Assembly: GCA_951406725.2 (NCBI GenBank)
Contig: OX597830.1
Span: 21,390,001-21,454,000, forward strand
Length of the DNA stretch: 64,000 nt
Source: Octopus vulgaris
Taxonomy: Eukaryota
Direction: 5' to 3'
Both the position numbers and the translations under genes were made by a program. Below, one piece after another: positions 1 to 13,602 of this stretch. Under the pieces are notes generated by a model. It saw only the letters and a list, made by a program, of their open reading frames with translations, had not been told where the DNA came from and did not search any database. The first letter of the stretch is position 1. Each line of letters opens with the position of its first letter.

Positions 1-146
1 TACGCACATACATATACACATGCATACATATATACATATACACACGTATGCACACATATACACATACGTGCATATACACCAATAGGCACATATATACGCA
101 CATATATACATATCCAACTGGAAACACATATACACATACATATATA

Positions 147-242
147 CAACTACCACCACTACTACTGCGACAAACCTCACCTCCACCGTCACGAACATCA
201 AACCCTCTACCGCCGTCCCTACTACTGCTACTACTATCACCC

Positions 243-293
<51 letters not shown>

Positions 294-553
294 TCACCCC
301 TACTACTACCATCACCCCTACTACTACTACTGCTTCTACTACTATCACCCCTACTACAACTACTACTACTACTACTACTTCTACTACTATCACCCCTACT
401 ACAACTACTACTACTACTACTACTACTTCTACTACTATCATCCCTACTACTACTACTACTACTACCACCCCTACTACTACCATCACCCCTACTACTACTA
501 CTACTTCTACTACTATCACCCCTACTACTACTACTACTATCACCCCTACTACA

Positions 554-593
<40 letters not shown>

Positions 594-599
594 TCACCC

Positions 600-634
<35 letters not shown>

Positions 635-641
635 GCTGCTG

Positions 642-685
<44 letters not shown>

Positions 686-690
686 GTCAC
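147..690. repeat. (CTA)n microsatellite with recurrent TCACCC interruptions
   Basis: Direct reading: CTA triplets interrupted about ten times by (a)tcacccct. Explains the poly-Leu ORF 48..824. Confidence 0.95.
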
Positions 691-1107
691 TTTTACCACC
701 GCCACTACCATCCCAAACATTGCCATCTATTACCACCACTGGGATCACATCTAAGGTCCTCCACCCTACGCCCTCGCCAAGCGATGTTGGGGGTAATTTT
801 GGCGTATATTCTGCTACCTGCTGAGATAGAATTACATCTAACACCACCGACCATGGAACATCTAACGAGACAACAGAGGTGGGGGGTGGGGCTCCCTATG
901 TGGTTAATCCACATGCTAGAAGCAGCAGCCGCATCCCAACCTCCTCACCTCCTGCCGCAAACCTAAACCCTACACTCTTAAATAAGGAAAGCGACGTATT
1001 GAATAACCGTACCGTACTCCCGTATGTCACCACAGACACAAACACACATACACACACACACATACATTCAAACACATTCAAACACAGACGCTTCCCTCTC
1101 CCCCTCT

Positions 1108-1157
<50 letters not shown>

Positions 1158-1260
1158 ACACATGTATGTATGGTAAATAGATACGGTTATAGTCCGAGAT
1201 GAAGCACATCTGCATACTCCAGTACTCTAAACTCTATTTGTAGATGTTATATGAGAGTTT

Positions 1261-1310
1261 AAAATACCGGAAAATACCGAAAAATACCGGAAAATACCGG
1301 AAAATATTAG
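1261..1310. repeat. 10-bp minisatellite (AAAATACCGG)x~5
   Basis: aaaataccgg aaaataccga aaaataccgg aaaataccgg aaaatattag. Confidence 0.85.
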
Positions 1311-1331
1311 AAAATTCGTATTGCTGGGTAA

Positions 1332-1731
1332 TCTATATATATAAAAGTGAGGTTGTGTGCTGTCTGTCTCCTACGATTTAGATTCCTAACTACTCCCACA
1401 TTTTGCGGTGCAGTTTAACCAAAACCGGGTATCTTATAGTCGTGATTCATATCGAGCCCTTCTGGGTATTAGCGCGCGTCTACGATGAGTCTACGATTTA
1501 AAAAATAATTTACCATAATTTTTTTCCATTTTAATGCATTTCTTCGCTATTATATAAGGGAAGAAACTCTCTAAAAATGTCTACGATGAGTCAACGATTT
1601 AAAAAAAAATTTACCATCATTTTTTTTCCATTTTTAATGCATTTTTTTGCTATATTTTGGCTATAACTCTCTAAAAATGCTTTATAGTTATTTCCCTTAC
1701 AAACCCGAGCAACGCCGAGCGATACTGCTAG
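1332..1731 (+). mobile_element. Non-autonomous Helitron
   Basis: Inserted between A and T. Starts TC(TATATATATAAA) and ends with GC-rich subterminal hairpin-like cccgagcaacgccgagc followed by CTAG. No TSD. Internal ~100-bp duplication (gtctacgatgagtc...taactctctaaaaatg twice). Confidence 0.8.
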
Positions 1732-1978
1732 TTGTATATTAAAACAGAAAACTGAAATTTTCAAAATAGAATAATGACCTTTCGCCGTATTCTTTTACTT
1801 GTTTCAGTCATGTGACTGTGGCCATGCTAGAGCAGCGCCTTTAGTCGAGCAAATCGACCCCAGGACTTTTTCTTTGGAAGCCTAGTACTTATTTTATCGG
1901 TCTCTTTTGCCGAACCGCTAGGTACGGGAACATAAATACACCAGCATCGGTTGTCAGGCGATGTTGGGTGAGGGAGAA

Positions 1979-2185
1979 GGCGGCAAGCTGGCAGAAACTT
2001 TAGCACGCCGGACGAAATGCTTAGCGGTATTTTGTCTATCTTTATGTTCTGAGTTCAAATTCCGCCGAGGTCGACTTTGCCTTTAATCCTTTCGGGGTCG
2101 ATTAAGTACCAGTTGAGTACTAGTGTCGATCTAATCGACTGACCCCTTCCCAAAAATTTCGAGCCTTGTGCCTAGAGTAAAAAAG
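1979..2185 (+). mobile_element. SINE family S1 inserted in the S2 copy
   Basis: ggcggcaagctggcagaa head, B-box-like gagttcaaattcc, body gactttgccttt..atcctttcggggtcgat..aagtaccag. Flanked by probable 15-bp TSD gatgttgggtgaggg (1960-1974) / gatgttggacgaggg (2186-2200). Confidence 0.85.
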
Positions 2186-2262
2186 GATGTTGGACGAGGG
2201 TGGCGTGACAAACACACACACTTAAACATACACACGCACACACACACACATTCACTCACTCA

Positions 2263-2302
<40 letters not shown>

Positions 2303-2536
2303 GGGCATTACTATACATAAATGCCACACTGTTAAAGTCAAAACTACCAAATTAAATATATTGTTATTTTGATAGTTTTGACTTTAAGAGTCCCTCCTAG
2401 CATGTGGCATTTATGTATAGTAATGCCCATAATATTGATAAATTATATTTAAGTGAAAAATTGATGGATTTTTCTCTTATTAAGTTTTTCACGCTAACTA
2501 CTTGATAAATCCTTATAAAGATTTTATCCTATTTCT

Positions 2537-2540
<4 letters not shown>
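2303..2540 (+). mobile_element. Short element with inverted head, embedded in microsatellite (Penelope pLTR-like architecture)
   Basis: Inverted arms gggcattactatacataaatgccaca / tgtggcatttatgtatagtaatgccc plus inner ttaaagtcaaaact / agttttgactttaa, then a unique tail running into (TA)n. Confidence 0.55.
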
Positions 2541-2599
<59 letters not shown>

Positions 2600-2605
<6 letters not shown>

Positions 2606-3102
2606 AGATTATTAGATTATTGGTGGGTTTCCTACCTTATAAATTAAAATTGATATTTGATATTATAGTCGATTTTGATATAATCATAATTGTTAAGTTT
2701 TATGTTTCTAGTTTGATAATAGAGTTTATTATAAGTAAAATTATTATATTATTTATATCTTAAAAATATTGTTTAAATATTTCTGATTATATTTTAGATA
2801 TTTCAATTAACCTGAAGATTGACTGTAACCATAACTCGAATTATTACGAATTGTACAGCCATGAAACGATCGTAGTGTTTTACTCTTTATCTTTTATCAA
2901 ACTTTTAATACTTTTGATATATATTTAAAATAATATAAATTAATTAATTTTATGTATTGGCTTATGTTTTTCATTGTTTGATTTGCCTAATAGTGGTTTT
3001 ATCTCTAATTTAATATAATATATAATATATTTATACTATAAAATTGGATTTAATCCTAAATCTGATTTTTCCCTGTAAGTTTGGATTTATTCCCTAATAT
3101 TT

Positions 3103-3105
<3 letters not shown>
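2600..3105 (+). mobile_element. AT-rich family A element (Penelope-like pLTR derivative) in (TA)n
   Basis: Near-identical reverse copy at 15835-16270. Related copies at 11660-13610 and 48445-48600, and a diverged one at 53570-53690. Contains an HHR-like core. Confidence 0.7.
2806..2880 (+). ncRNA. Minimal hammerhead-like motif (family A)
   Basis: CTGAAGA (2812-2818), stem II gactgt...acagcc, GAAAC-GATC-GTA (2863-2874). Stem I is weak. The same core occurs on the minus strand at ~12150-12248 and ~15975-16045. Confidence 0.55.
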
Positions 3106-3157
<52 letters not shown>

Positions 3158-3572
3158 CGGCGGGCTTCTTTCAGTTTCCGTCTTCCATATCCACTCACAA
3201 AGGTTTGGTCGGCCCGAGACTATAGTAGAAGACACTTGCCGAAGGTGACACGCAGTGGAACTGAACCTGGAACCATGTGGCTGGTAAGCAAGCTACTTAC
3301 TACACAGCTACTCCTGCGACTATATTGACTATGAAAAAATAATTTTATATTAGGCCGTATAAACTTATATGCCTTAATATTAGATAATTTTCTATGGTCA
3401 ATATACGGTGAAGGCTCATAATTCTATTTACAAAATTTCACTCGCCACCGTTTCCTCATTCAAGCAGAAATCACACAAGAAAACTGAAAAAAATTTGGCC
3501 ATTGTTTATTCCGTATTACACATGTTTCGTATGTAATGCGAAATAAGCAATTCCTCAAATTTTTCTGCATAC

Positions 3573-3682
<110 letters not shown>

Positions 3683-3683
3683 A

Positions 3684-3730
<47 letters not shown>

Positions 3731-3889
3731 ATATATATATATATATATATATCTGAGCGTAGGCTCGAAACGTAAAAGACTTTTTCTATTCATGAGCGTT
3801 ATACTAATACATCTGTTTGTTTTGTACACCACCTGTCTTCGTCTTTTGTTTTTTTCGTAAACTCTCCCTATATATATATATATATATAC

Positions 3890-3924
<35 letters not shown>

Positions 3925-4289
3925 TTCCTCTTCTTTAACGGTCATTTTCGTAGCATTTTTTGATTGCCTTGATAACTGACGAGATGCCGGTGCAGATTTC
4001 CACCTGGACATCCGAAACTCGGAGTTTTATTATGGCAACCGAATAATTGTCACATATATTACAGATAAATTCATCTATTTACATAATATCAAGGTCCCAT
4101 TCATTCTTTTCTTCCATTCAGGGTTGATAAGATATTTATTACTGTAATGTTGCGCATGAGAACTACAAGAACAGAAAATCGGATGCTTTACTGTATATGT
4201 ATTCTGTCTGGTTCTCTGCATTCTGAGTTCGAATCCAGCCATGGTAAAATCGAATTCCGCGATGGTGAAAAAAAACACAAAAAAAACTA

Positions 4290-4598
4290 GCACGCCGTCG
4301 GTTACGACGACTAGAGTTCCAAGTTGATCCGACCAACGGAACAGCCAACTCGTGAAATTAATGTGCAAGTGGCTGAGTACTCCACAGACACGCATACCCT
4401 TTACATAGTTCCCAGAGACAGCCAGTGTGACACGGCCGATTCTCTGAAATACAGGTACTGCTTAATTTTTGCCACCTGGGCGGATTGGAACAACGTGAAA
4501 TAAAACGTCTTCCTGAAGGACATGACACGTCGCTGGATATCGAACTCACAACTTTACGATCGTGAGCCAAATACCGCAACCACTAAGCCACGCACCTT
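4290..4598 (-). mobile_element. SINE family S4 (tRNA head; body recalls the Nin/Deu domain)
   Basis: Minus strand begins ggtgcgtggcttagtggttg with B-box gagttcgatatcc. Body ctcagccacttgcacattaatttcacgag is shared with 47935-48160 (+) and 58580-58890 (-). Domain naming is from memory. Confidence 0.7.
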
Positions 4599-5049
4599 CC
4601 CTACTTCGGTGGTAGACTTAACTTGTCGCAAGGATTAACACTACCACCAAGCAGCACCTTAGGGGGCTTTTAATAAAATCTACTCTGTCGCAAGTATTTA
4701 GATCGGGTTTCCTGTTTAAGAATACCGCCCTCCCTTCCTCCGGAGGCCCTGTCACGTGTCTTGAATCAAAAGTTAAAATAGAATCCTTTCTGCCAAAAGC
4801 ACAAGTTCCTGAAGGTTGTCTTTTAGCGGAGGAGACAAAGTGGATTAGGTTAACCTCTAGTACTTAACTGGTACTTAACTGGACTCAGTCAGGATGAACG
4901 GCAAACAGGAACAACAACATCGGCAGTAAAAACGGTAACAGCAATAACAGCAAGATGAATATACAGAAATATATTGAAAGAGAGAGAGAGAGAGAGAAAT
5001 ATAAAAGTATATGCATGACTGTCGAAAGAATTTGAAGGCAACGACAGCC

Positions 5050-5131
5050 ATGACGACGATGGTGACGATGATGATGGTGGTGGTGGTAGTGTAGATGGCG
5101 GCGGTGTTGATGTTGATGGTGATGGTGATGA

Positions 5132-5162
<31 letters not shown>

Positions 5163-5193
5163 TCTGGTAGTGTTGACGATAAGGTGACGATGA

Positions 5194-5227
<34 letters not shown>

Positions 5228-5557
5228 GGTGACGGTGATGGTGATGATGATTACGAAGACGACGACGACAATGATGATGATGACGATGGTAGTGATGACG
5301 ATATTGATAATTATGACGACGGGGATACTATTGATGCTGATGCTGATGATGGTTTTGGTGGTGTTGGTGGTGATGGCGACAACGATGATAATGACGGCGA
5401 TGGGGATTTTGATGATGATGATGATGATGACGATGATGATGATGATGGAGATAATGATGACGACGATGATGATGATGACGATGATGATGAGGATGATGAT
5501 GAGGATGACGACGACGACAATGATGATGATAGTGATGATGATGATGACGACGACGAC

Positions 5558-5602
<45 letters not shown>

Positions 5603-5662
5603 GACGACGACGACGACGGCGATGGCGACGGTGATGATGCTGATGCTGATGATGATGACTAT
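5050..5662. repeat. (GAT/GAC/GGT)n compound trinucleotide repeat
   Basis: Direct reading. Source of the poly-Met/His/Ser ORFs. Confidence 0.95.
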
Positions 5663-5689
5663 GGTTCATTTTTTTTTAAATATTATTTA

Positions 5690-5820
5690 CATTTGACGGA
5701 TATTTGTCCTCATCTTGTTTGTTGTTAACACAACATTTCGGCTGATATACTCTCCAGCATTCATCAGGTGTCTTGGGGAAATTTCGAACCCTGGGGTCTC
5801 ATTCGTAAGGTATTTTTCGA

Positions 5821-5893
<73 letters not shown>

Positions 5894-5960
5894 ATCACTG
5901 CCTGGAATCGAACTCGGAATCTTGGGGTTAGTCGCCCGCGCTCTTAGCCACTACACATAG
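5690..5960 (-). mobile_element. tRNA-headed SINE-like element carrying a hammerhead motif
   Basis: Minus strand: tgtgtagtggctaagagc (A-box), gagttcgattcc (B-box), (AAT)n, short body, then HHR motif and tail. Confidence 0.65.
5728..5771 (-). ncRNA. Minimal type I hammerhead-like motif
   Basis: Minus strand: acac-CTGATGA-at-gctg(gagagtatat)cagc-c-GAAAT-GTT-gtgt. Stem I acac/gtgt and stem II gctg/cagc pair. Confidence 0.65.
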
Positions 5961-6259
5961 AACTGTATGACTATGGTTGTTTAGCCTTCGATCAAGCTTT
6001 GACTGAGCAGATCATCATGTAGTACATGTGTTGTACCTTGGGATGGAATTATAAGAGCGATTTGACTGCTATATCTAGCTTGTCGAGCTTCCATTTATAA
6101 CAAGCACCGGCAGCCTTTTACACGAAGTGGGCCGCATGAAACATGGATCGTTATTAGGTAAGCCGCACTACTAAGGGAATGTTCAAGGCCATTTTTGGTT
6201 GTGCCACTCAGGGAGCTTGGCAAGCCCCAGTTTGCCCAAGCGGGGGGGCTCATTCGCAA

Positions 6260-6307
6260 ATGATGGTGGCGATGATGTTGTAGTGATGGTGGTTGCAGTG
6301 ATAGAGG

Positions 6308-6338
<31 letters not shown>

Positions 6339-6489
6339 AATGATGGTCTTGGTGGAAACGGTGGTACAGGTCGCGACGGTGGTGGTAGTGATGGCGACGA
6401 TGAGTAGGAGGAAGAGGAGGAGGAGAACGACGATGGCACAGGTGGTGGCGATGGCGCCGGATGATGATGATTTCGACGACGACGATGAC

Positions 6490-6520
<31 letters not shown>

Positions 6521-6880
6521 CTGATGATTATGATGATGATGAGGAGGAGGAGGAGAAGGAGGAGGATGTTGATGATGGTCTTGGTGGAAACGGTGGTACA
6601 GGTCGCGGTGGTGGTGGTGGTGGTAGTGATGGCGACGATGAGGATGATGATGAGGAGGAGGATGAGAGCGACGATGGCACAGGTGGTGACGATGGCGCCG
6701 GCTGATGATGATGATGTCGAGGACGACGACGACAAAGATGATGATGATCATGATCATGACGATGATGGTGATGACTGGGGAGAAGGAGGAGGAGGATGAC
6801 GACGGTCGAGCTGGTGGTGGTGGTGGTGGTGGTGGTGGTGGTGGTAGTGATGACGGTGATGATGCTGGTACAACAACAGC
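6260..6880. repeat. GAT/GGT/GAG low-complexity block with ~235-bp internal duplication
   Basis: gatggtcttggtggaaacggtggtacaggtcgcg...cgacgatggcacaggtggtg.cgatggcgccgg occurs at ~6342 and ~6574. Confidence 0.9.
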
Positions 6881-7019
6881 GACCAGCAAAAGAGGATGAA
6901 AGAAAGAAAGAAAAAAAACAACAACACTTTTCCTCCTGGTATTTTGTTCAATGGGAGTTGCCGTGATTACGTGTGTGTATATGTATATATATATATAAGT
7001 ACGTGTCTGTAAGCATCTG

Positions 7020-7103
<84 letters not shown>

Positions 7104-7316
7104 CCTCTCTTTACCACTCTTTTGTGGCGTTCTTCTCCCCCCTCTCTCTTCCGCTTTAAACACTCGTGCACATACATACACGTATGTGTGGTTGTGTGTG
7201 TGCTGTGTGTGTGTGTGCGTTTGTGTGTGGTGTGCGGGTGTGTATACATGCACATATATGAAATATATACATATATACATAGTTGCCTAGAGACACAAGC
7301 ACATATGTATATATAT

Positions 7317-7383
<67 letters not shown>

Positions 7384-7674
7384 TATACATTCTCACATGT
7401 ATAAGCACACACAGACGCACCTGCATATATATACTAATTAAAACACCTTATGACTCTCACATATTTATACATGGATATATATATATATATATTTATACAT
7501 ACACACATGTATAAATACACATATGTACACACACGGATACACACACATACATACACACGCACACATACACATATATATATATATTATACATAGAAATATA
7601 TCTATGAATTTATGAACATTAGAACATAAATATATACATACATGCATACACACACACACACACACATATATATG

Positions 7675-7715
<41 letters not shown>

Positions 7716-8198
7716 TCACACATACATATGTACGCTTATATGTCTAGGTGTAACCGTATATATACGCTCTACATACGTGTATGCGTTCCCATACTTACTT
7801 CTGAACAATGTAGCCATTGTGAAACCTATTGCTTGAAACGAGTAGAAGGGTGGAAAACGGTGGGCGTGGGGGCTACGGGTGCGGGGTGCAGGTGGAAGCG
7901 GCGGTGGCGGAGTAGGTGGTGCTGGTGGTGGTGGTGGTGGCTGGAAGTGGAGACGGCGGGGTGGGTGGTAATGATGTTGATGTCTGTGTTTTTTCGGTGG
8001 TGGCATTAACCGTGATGACGGTGGCGATGGTGATGTAGGTTTGCAGAGGTGGTAACGGTGATCAACGTTGAAAAGGAATGGTAAATGTGAGGGTGGACGG
8101 GTGAGGTGGATAGGTGGATAGGTGGGAAGGCGGGTAGGTGGGTAGTTGCCTGTGGGACAGGCAAACATCCTCAGGTCTAGACGCTGACATAGAGAAAC

Positions 8199-8199
<1 letters not shown>

Positions 8200-8231
<32 letters not shown>

Positions 8232-8487
8232 GCCTCCCTCATCGTCATCGTCGTCGTCGTCATAACCATCATCGTCATCGTCACTGTAATTATCAGTATG
8301 AAAAGTATCATCATCATCATCGTCATCATTATCATCACCACCACCACCATCGTCGTCGTAGCCGTCACCATCATCATCAACACTAATACCACCACAACCA
8401 TCATCAACAATAACATCATAGCCGTCATCGTAGTCATCGCCATCATCATCATCACCACTATCCTCCTCCTCCTCCTCCTCCTCCTCC

Positions 8488-8520
<33 letters not shown>

Positions 8521-8640
8521 CCATCACCACAAACAACAGCACTACAACCGTCATCATTATCAACATCATCGTCGTTATCGTCGTCGTCTTCGTCATCATC
8601 ATCATCGTCACCATCATCATCATCATCATCATCATCATTG
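8200..8640. repeat. (CAT/CGT/CCT)n compound repeat
   Basis: Direct reading. Confidence 0.9.
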
Positions 8641-9768
8641 CTGCTATTAACTACTGCAACATCAGCAAAATACAGTGGTCCTTGTTCTTACAGGATAAAT
8701 ACGCACGTATAGACATACATACACACGCGCGCGCGTGTGCACACACACACACACACACACACACGCATCGCGCACACATACACACATGCACACGCACTCA
8801 CACATATACACATGTATACGTACACATAAGCACACACATACACACACTCAGACACGCATACAAACAAACGTATACACAGATTTATACGTATATATTTACA
8901 CATCCGTTCATGCACTCACTCAGACGCATACACACATCCCATGTATACGGATATGTAATCGTGTATTACACACACACGTACACATATACACACACAAAGG
9001 CACACATACACACACACAAGCACCACAAACATTACACAGACACGATTACACGCACACATACACACACACATAAGCACCACAAACATTACACAGACACGCA
9101 TATACACACACATACACACAAATACTCAGACACACGCAGAGAAAAGTATACACACATGTATTTACATATGTATGTATGTACACATACATGTATACACACA
9201 TGTATGTACATGTTGCGTACACAACGCAATTACCGAATCATACACTACGACACGCATGTGCACATATGTACGCGTGTACGTGTATGTATATGCACGTGTG
9301 AGTTTGTGCGTCTGAGTGTGTGTATAAACACACAGTCACAAATCAACGCACACACACACACACACGAACACACATACACGCACACACACACACAAACACG
9401 AACACACACACACGCACACCCATCTGTTTGCTCCAACACCACGAGAGGCAACAACGTTAAGTGAACGCATGTACTTATAAAAGAAACACACAGACGTAAG
9501 TTACACTGTATATCGGTTGACTCACACACACGCTAACTGATGCGCAGATAATCGCTGCTGCAAAACATTACTTATACCCAACACACATATACATGCGAGC
9601 GCGTGTATATATGTACACACACACACGCATAAATATATATATATGTGTGTGCGTGTATATATATATATATAATGACAATACCATAGATATCAGTGACTAT
9701 ACATATAAACATTAGTATTTGTGTACATATAGCTACATATATACTCTTACACACACAACTACAAATGC

Positions 9769-9814
<46 letters not shown>

Positions 9815-9815
<1 letters not shown>

Positions 9816-9944
9816 GATATGTAGAAAAATACAAACTGTGACAAGAACGCATAACACTTAGAATACGATACAACAAACACAGACAGGACATTCGAAGCCC
9901 TCAGTCTTCAGTCAAGAACCGGATCATCGTAGTAATTTCGGCTG

Positions 9945-9950
<6 letters not shown>
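9815..9950 (-). mobile_element. Short (TA)n-embedded dispersed repeat, family P1
   Basis: Similar to 48645-48855, 58945-59475 and 59535-59602 (acaagaac...cattcgaag...tcagtc.ag..cc.ga...tcggctgattat). Confidence 0.6.
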
Positions 9951-10010
<60 letters not shown>

Positions 10011-10238
10011 CATACATACATATATATATATGTATATATATATGTATGTATATGTGTATGTATACATATATATATATGTATATGTAATTCTATCTGTCTC
10101 TCTTTCTCTCTATCTCTCTATTTATCTATCTACCTATGTCTCTCTACATGCATATGGTTACAACTAGATGTTCATGCATACTTACGCATATATGCATATA
10201 AATATGCAGATATGTATTAATGTATGAGTGCTTTTATT

Positions 10239-10316
<78 letters not shown>

Positions 10317-10385
10317 CATAAATTCATAAATATATTTCTATGTATATTTCTATGTATATTTTTATGTGTGTTTGCATGTGTGTGA

Positions 10386-10435
<50 letters not shown>

Positions 10436-10439
10436 ACGA

Positions 10440-10747
10440 ATTAATAAATAAAACATATGCATACATACATATATGTACATACCTACATCTATATGTATAT
10501 ATACATGCATATATGGGTACAGGACACAAAAAAAAAACGTAGAACACAATGAGAAACGAAAACATAAAATTAAAACAAAGAAACGGACTTTTTCAAACAA
10601 CGAAAAAACAGAGTACAAGACATACAACACAAGAGACATTCCCCTTCTTGAGCTGCCCCTGCTTCGACTAATCCGTGTTCAGAAGGTAAGGGCAAGACAC
10701 GCCTTCGTTGAAACAATCCTTCCCGCAAAGCAAATTAAATAAAATTT

Positions 10748-10750
<3 letters not shown>
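10440..10750 (-). mobile_element. Dispersed repeat family P2
   Basis: Clear diverged copy at 60390-60790 (acgtagaac.caa.gagaaacgaaaacataaaa...aaacggactttt...caacgaaaaaacagagtacaagacat). Confidence 0.75.
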
Positions 10751-10802
<52 letters not shown>

Positions 10803-11199
10803 TTATATACACATATACATATATATGCACAAACAACACATATATTTATATAGTTAATATTTATAGCAGTCTGATTCGGTTCTGTGCGTGTTAAAGTTTT
10901 ACATGCTTCTGACACAAACATCGCTCGTTCAAATGAAGATTTGTGCTGCTTGGGTGCATGTGCGAGTGTGTGTGTGTGTGTATTTTGTGCTTATGTGTGA
11001 GTTTGTGTGTGAGCAAATATGACCAACGTGTTGACTGGGAACCATGTGTCTGAACAATAATGCAATTTTTCTCACTTTTGTGGAACTTTGAGCATTAAGA
11101 TTCTAAGTAAAACCATTTTAAAGAAATATAAATTTTGCGTTTCGTATGTACGTATACACACGCGTGCGCACCCCCACACCCACCCACACATATATACGA

Positions 11200-11555
11200 G
11201 TTAAGCAAAACTTTAGATTCAGATGAGTATAGTACTTAAGTTGAGGCACCGGTATTATCCATACAATTTCAAAATAAGGTGAGTAAAATCAAAATAAGCA
11301 ACAAGGATGTAGATTCTATGCTGAAGTGAAAACAACATGTTCTTTGTCTATCTCCTTACTTTCTTGAATGCTTTAGGTAAAATTATATTAATGTGTCCAT
11401 CTGTTTTAATATTATTCAATTCTATATCTTTATGCAACTGAGGATCGCTCTGCATTTAAATTGATGTAATGATTGCATTGTTCAATTAAATTGAGTTGCT
11501 TGAAACGATCGTACTGCATTACCTCCGGATATCCTTGTTGCTTATTTTGATTTAT
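11200..11555 (+). mobile_element. Penelope pLTR-like element with inverted segment and HHR-like core
   Basis: Inverted pair aaatcaaaataagcaacaaggat (~11286-11308) / atccttgttgcttattttgattt (11531-11553). Between them: atgcaa-CTGAGGA(11438)...GAAAC-GATC-GTA(11513)-ctgcat. Confidence 0.6.
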
Positions 11556-11570
11556 ATAGATATATACAGA

Positions 11571-11652
<82 letters not shown>

Positions 11653-11659
11653 CATATAT

Positions 11660-11922
11660 AATATTAGGGAGTAAATCCAAACTTACAGGGAAAAATTAGA
11701 TTTAGGATTAAACCTAATTTAACAGTATAAATATATATATTAAATTAGAGATAAAGCCACTATTAGGCAAATCAAACAGTGAAAAACATAAACCAAAACA
11801 TAGAAATAAAATTAATTAATATAATATACAAAATATATAAAATATAAAATTCAAACTTTAAATTATTTAAATTTAAAGTTAAAATTTTTTTAAAAATTAA
11901 AATTATTAATTTATACTTATAA

Positions 11923-11975
<53 letters not shown>

Positions 11976-13602
11976 TTTATTATTTTTATTTTTATTATTA
12001 TTATTTTTTTAAATTTTAATTTAATTTTTTTTTAAATTTAAATTTTATTTTATTTCATTTTTCTATTTTAATTTAATTTCATTTCAATTTTTTTTAAATA
12101 TAACAATCAAAAAGTATTAAAAAAAAATTAATATAAGATAAAGAGTAAAACCACTACGATCGTTTCATGCCCATAACCTAATTCGAATAACAATAATTTA
12201 AATTCAATTAAAAATTCGAATTATGGTTATAGTCAATCTTCAGGTTAATGATAATATTTAAATAAATAATCAAATATATTTAAACAATATTTTTAAAGAA
12301 ATAAATAGAATAATAATTTTTCTTATAAAAAATTCTATTATCAAACTAGAAACTTTAACGATTATGATTATGTCATGCAATCGATTATTATGTTAAATAA
12401 TAATTTTTAAGTATTAATTTTTAATGTAAGAAACCCACAAATAATCTAATCTCAGTTATAGTCAATATCTAATTACCTAAATATTTTACAAAAAAAAAAA
12501 GAAAAGAAAAGATGACTATTCATATTATTAAATATAATTTCAAGTTAAATAATTATATAATATTTGAATAATAACTAAATTATCAATGAAAATATATAAA
12601 CGTATATAAATATAAGAATTAAGATCTAAAATTATCTCTATCAATAAATATATAATATATATACATGTATAATAAAGACCTAATAAATTAATTATTCATT
12701 ATTACTTATAAATATATTAAAAGATTAAAGATGAAAAAGCTAATTGTAAACAAACAAACAAACAATCTTAAAAGAACGCTATAACTAATTAACGATCCAT
12801 ATATCTCGTTGGCTAACTAATAACTTACAAAGATCGTATAGTTAAGAAACTAAAATGAATTAATAAAAAAAAATAAAATAAAATACTTAATGAAATAATC
12901 AATCCGTAGTTATATAGTATCCAATAAATACTACGAATATATTTATCAATGGAAAAAATAATACTACCAATTATCAATTTAAAAAAAAATAATATATAAG
13001 TTATAATAACAATTATAAAAAATTTTGAATAACTATCAACAAATATAGTTATTTAAGACTAAAATTTATGCTATCAATACATGTCTATACATGAAACCTA
13101 ACTTTAAAAAAACTCGCATAACTGTTAACGATCTATATATCTCTTTGGCTAAGTAAAGTCTTACGAATAAACGTAGAGTTAAAATCTAATAATTATATAG
13201 AAAAAACTACGATTACTAGATCATTACATAACAATCAGCATTTATATAATATAAGACTTATTAAAATATTTAAATTTAAAAATTTAAAAATCGTACATAT
13301 AAATATATACTTAGCTTTGCGAGGTTTTGTGATGAAAATTGAAATAAAATTAAATTAAAATTTTTAAAAAAATTAATTAGAATTTTAAAAAATAATAATA
13401 ATAATAGAAATAAAAATAATAAAATATAAAATATATATATAATTAATAATTTAAAAAAAAATTTTATTTTAACTTTAAATTTAAATAATTTAAATTTTGA
13501 ATTTTATATTCTATATATTTTGTATATTATATTAATTAATTTTATTTGTTTTGGTTTATGTTTTTCACTGTTTGATTTGCCTAATAGTGGTTTTATCTCT
13601 AA

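Larger units (their letters stand above)
1790..3320 (-). mobile_element. SINE family S2 (tRNA head + CORE-like domain + internal microsatellite + LINE-like tail), split by nested insertions
   Basis: 3' half at 1790-1970 and tRNA-head half at 3158-3320 match the contiguous copies at 32118-32592 and 56497-56947. Confidence 0.8.

Noticed and set aside
6199-6705. Acidic Asp/Glu/Gly-rich protein
   Set aside because: A duplicated triplet-repeat block open in several frames on both strands. No evidence for one coding frame.
11820-13500. Mitochondrial control-region insertion (NUMT) suggested by extreme AT content
   Set aside because: No mitochondrial gene or tRNA similarity seen. The sequence belongs to dispersed family A.
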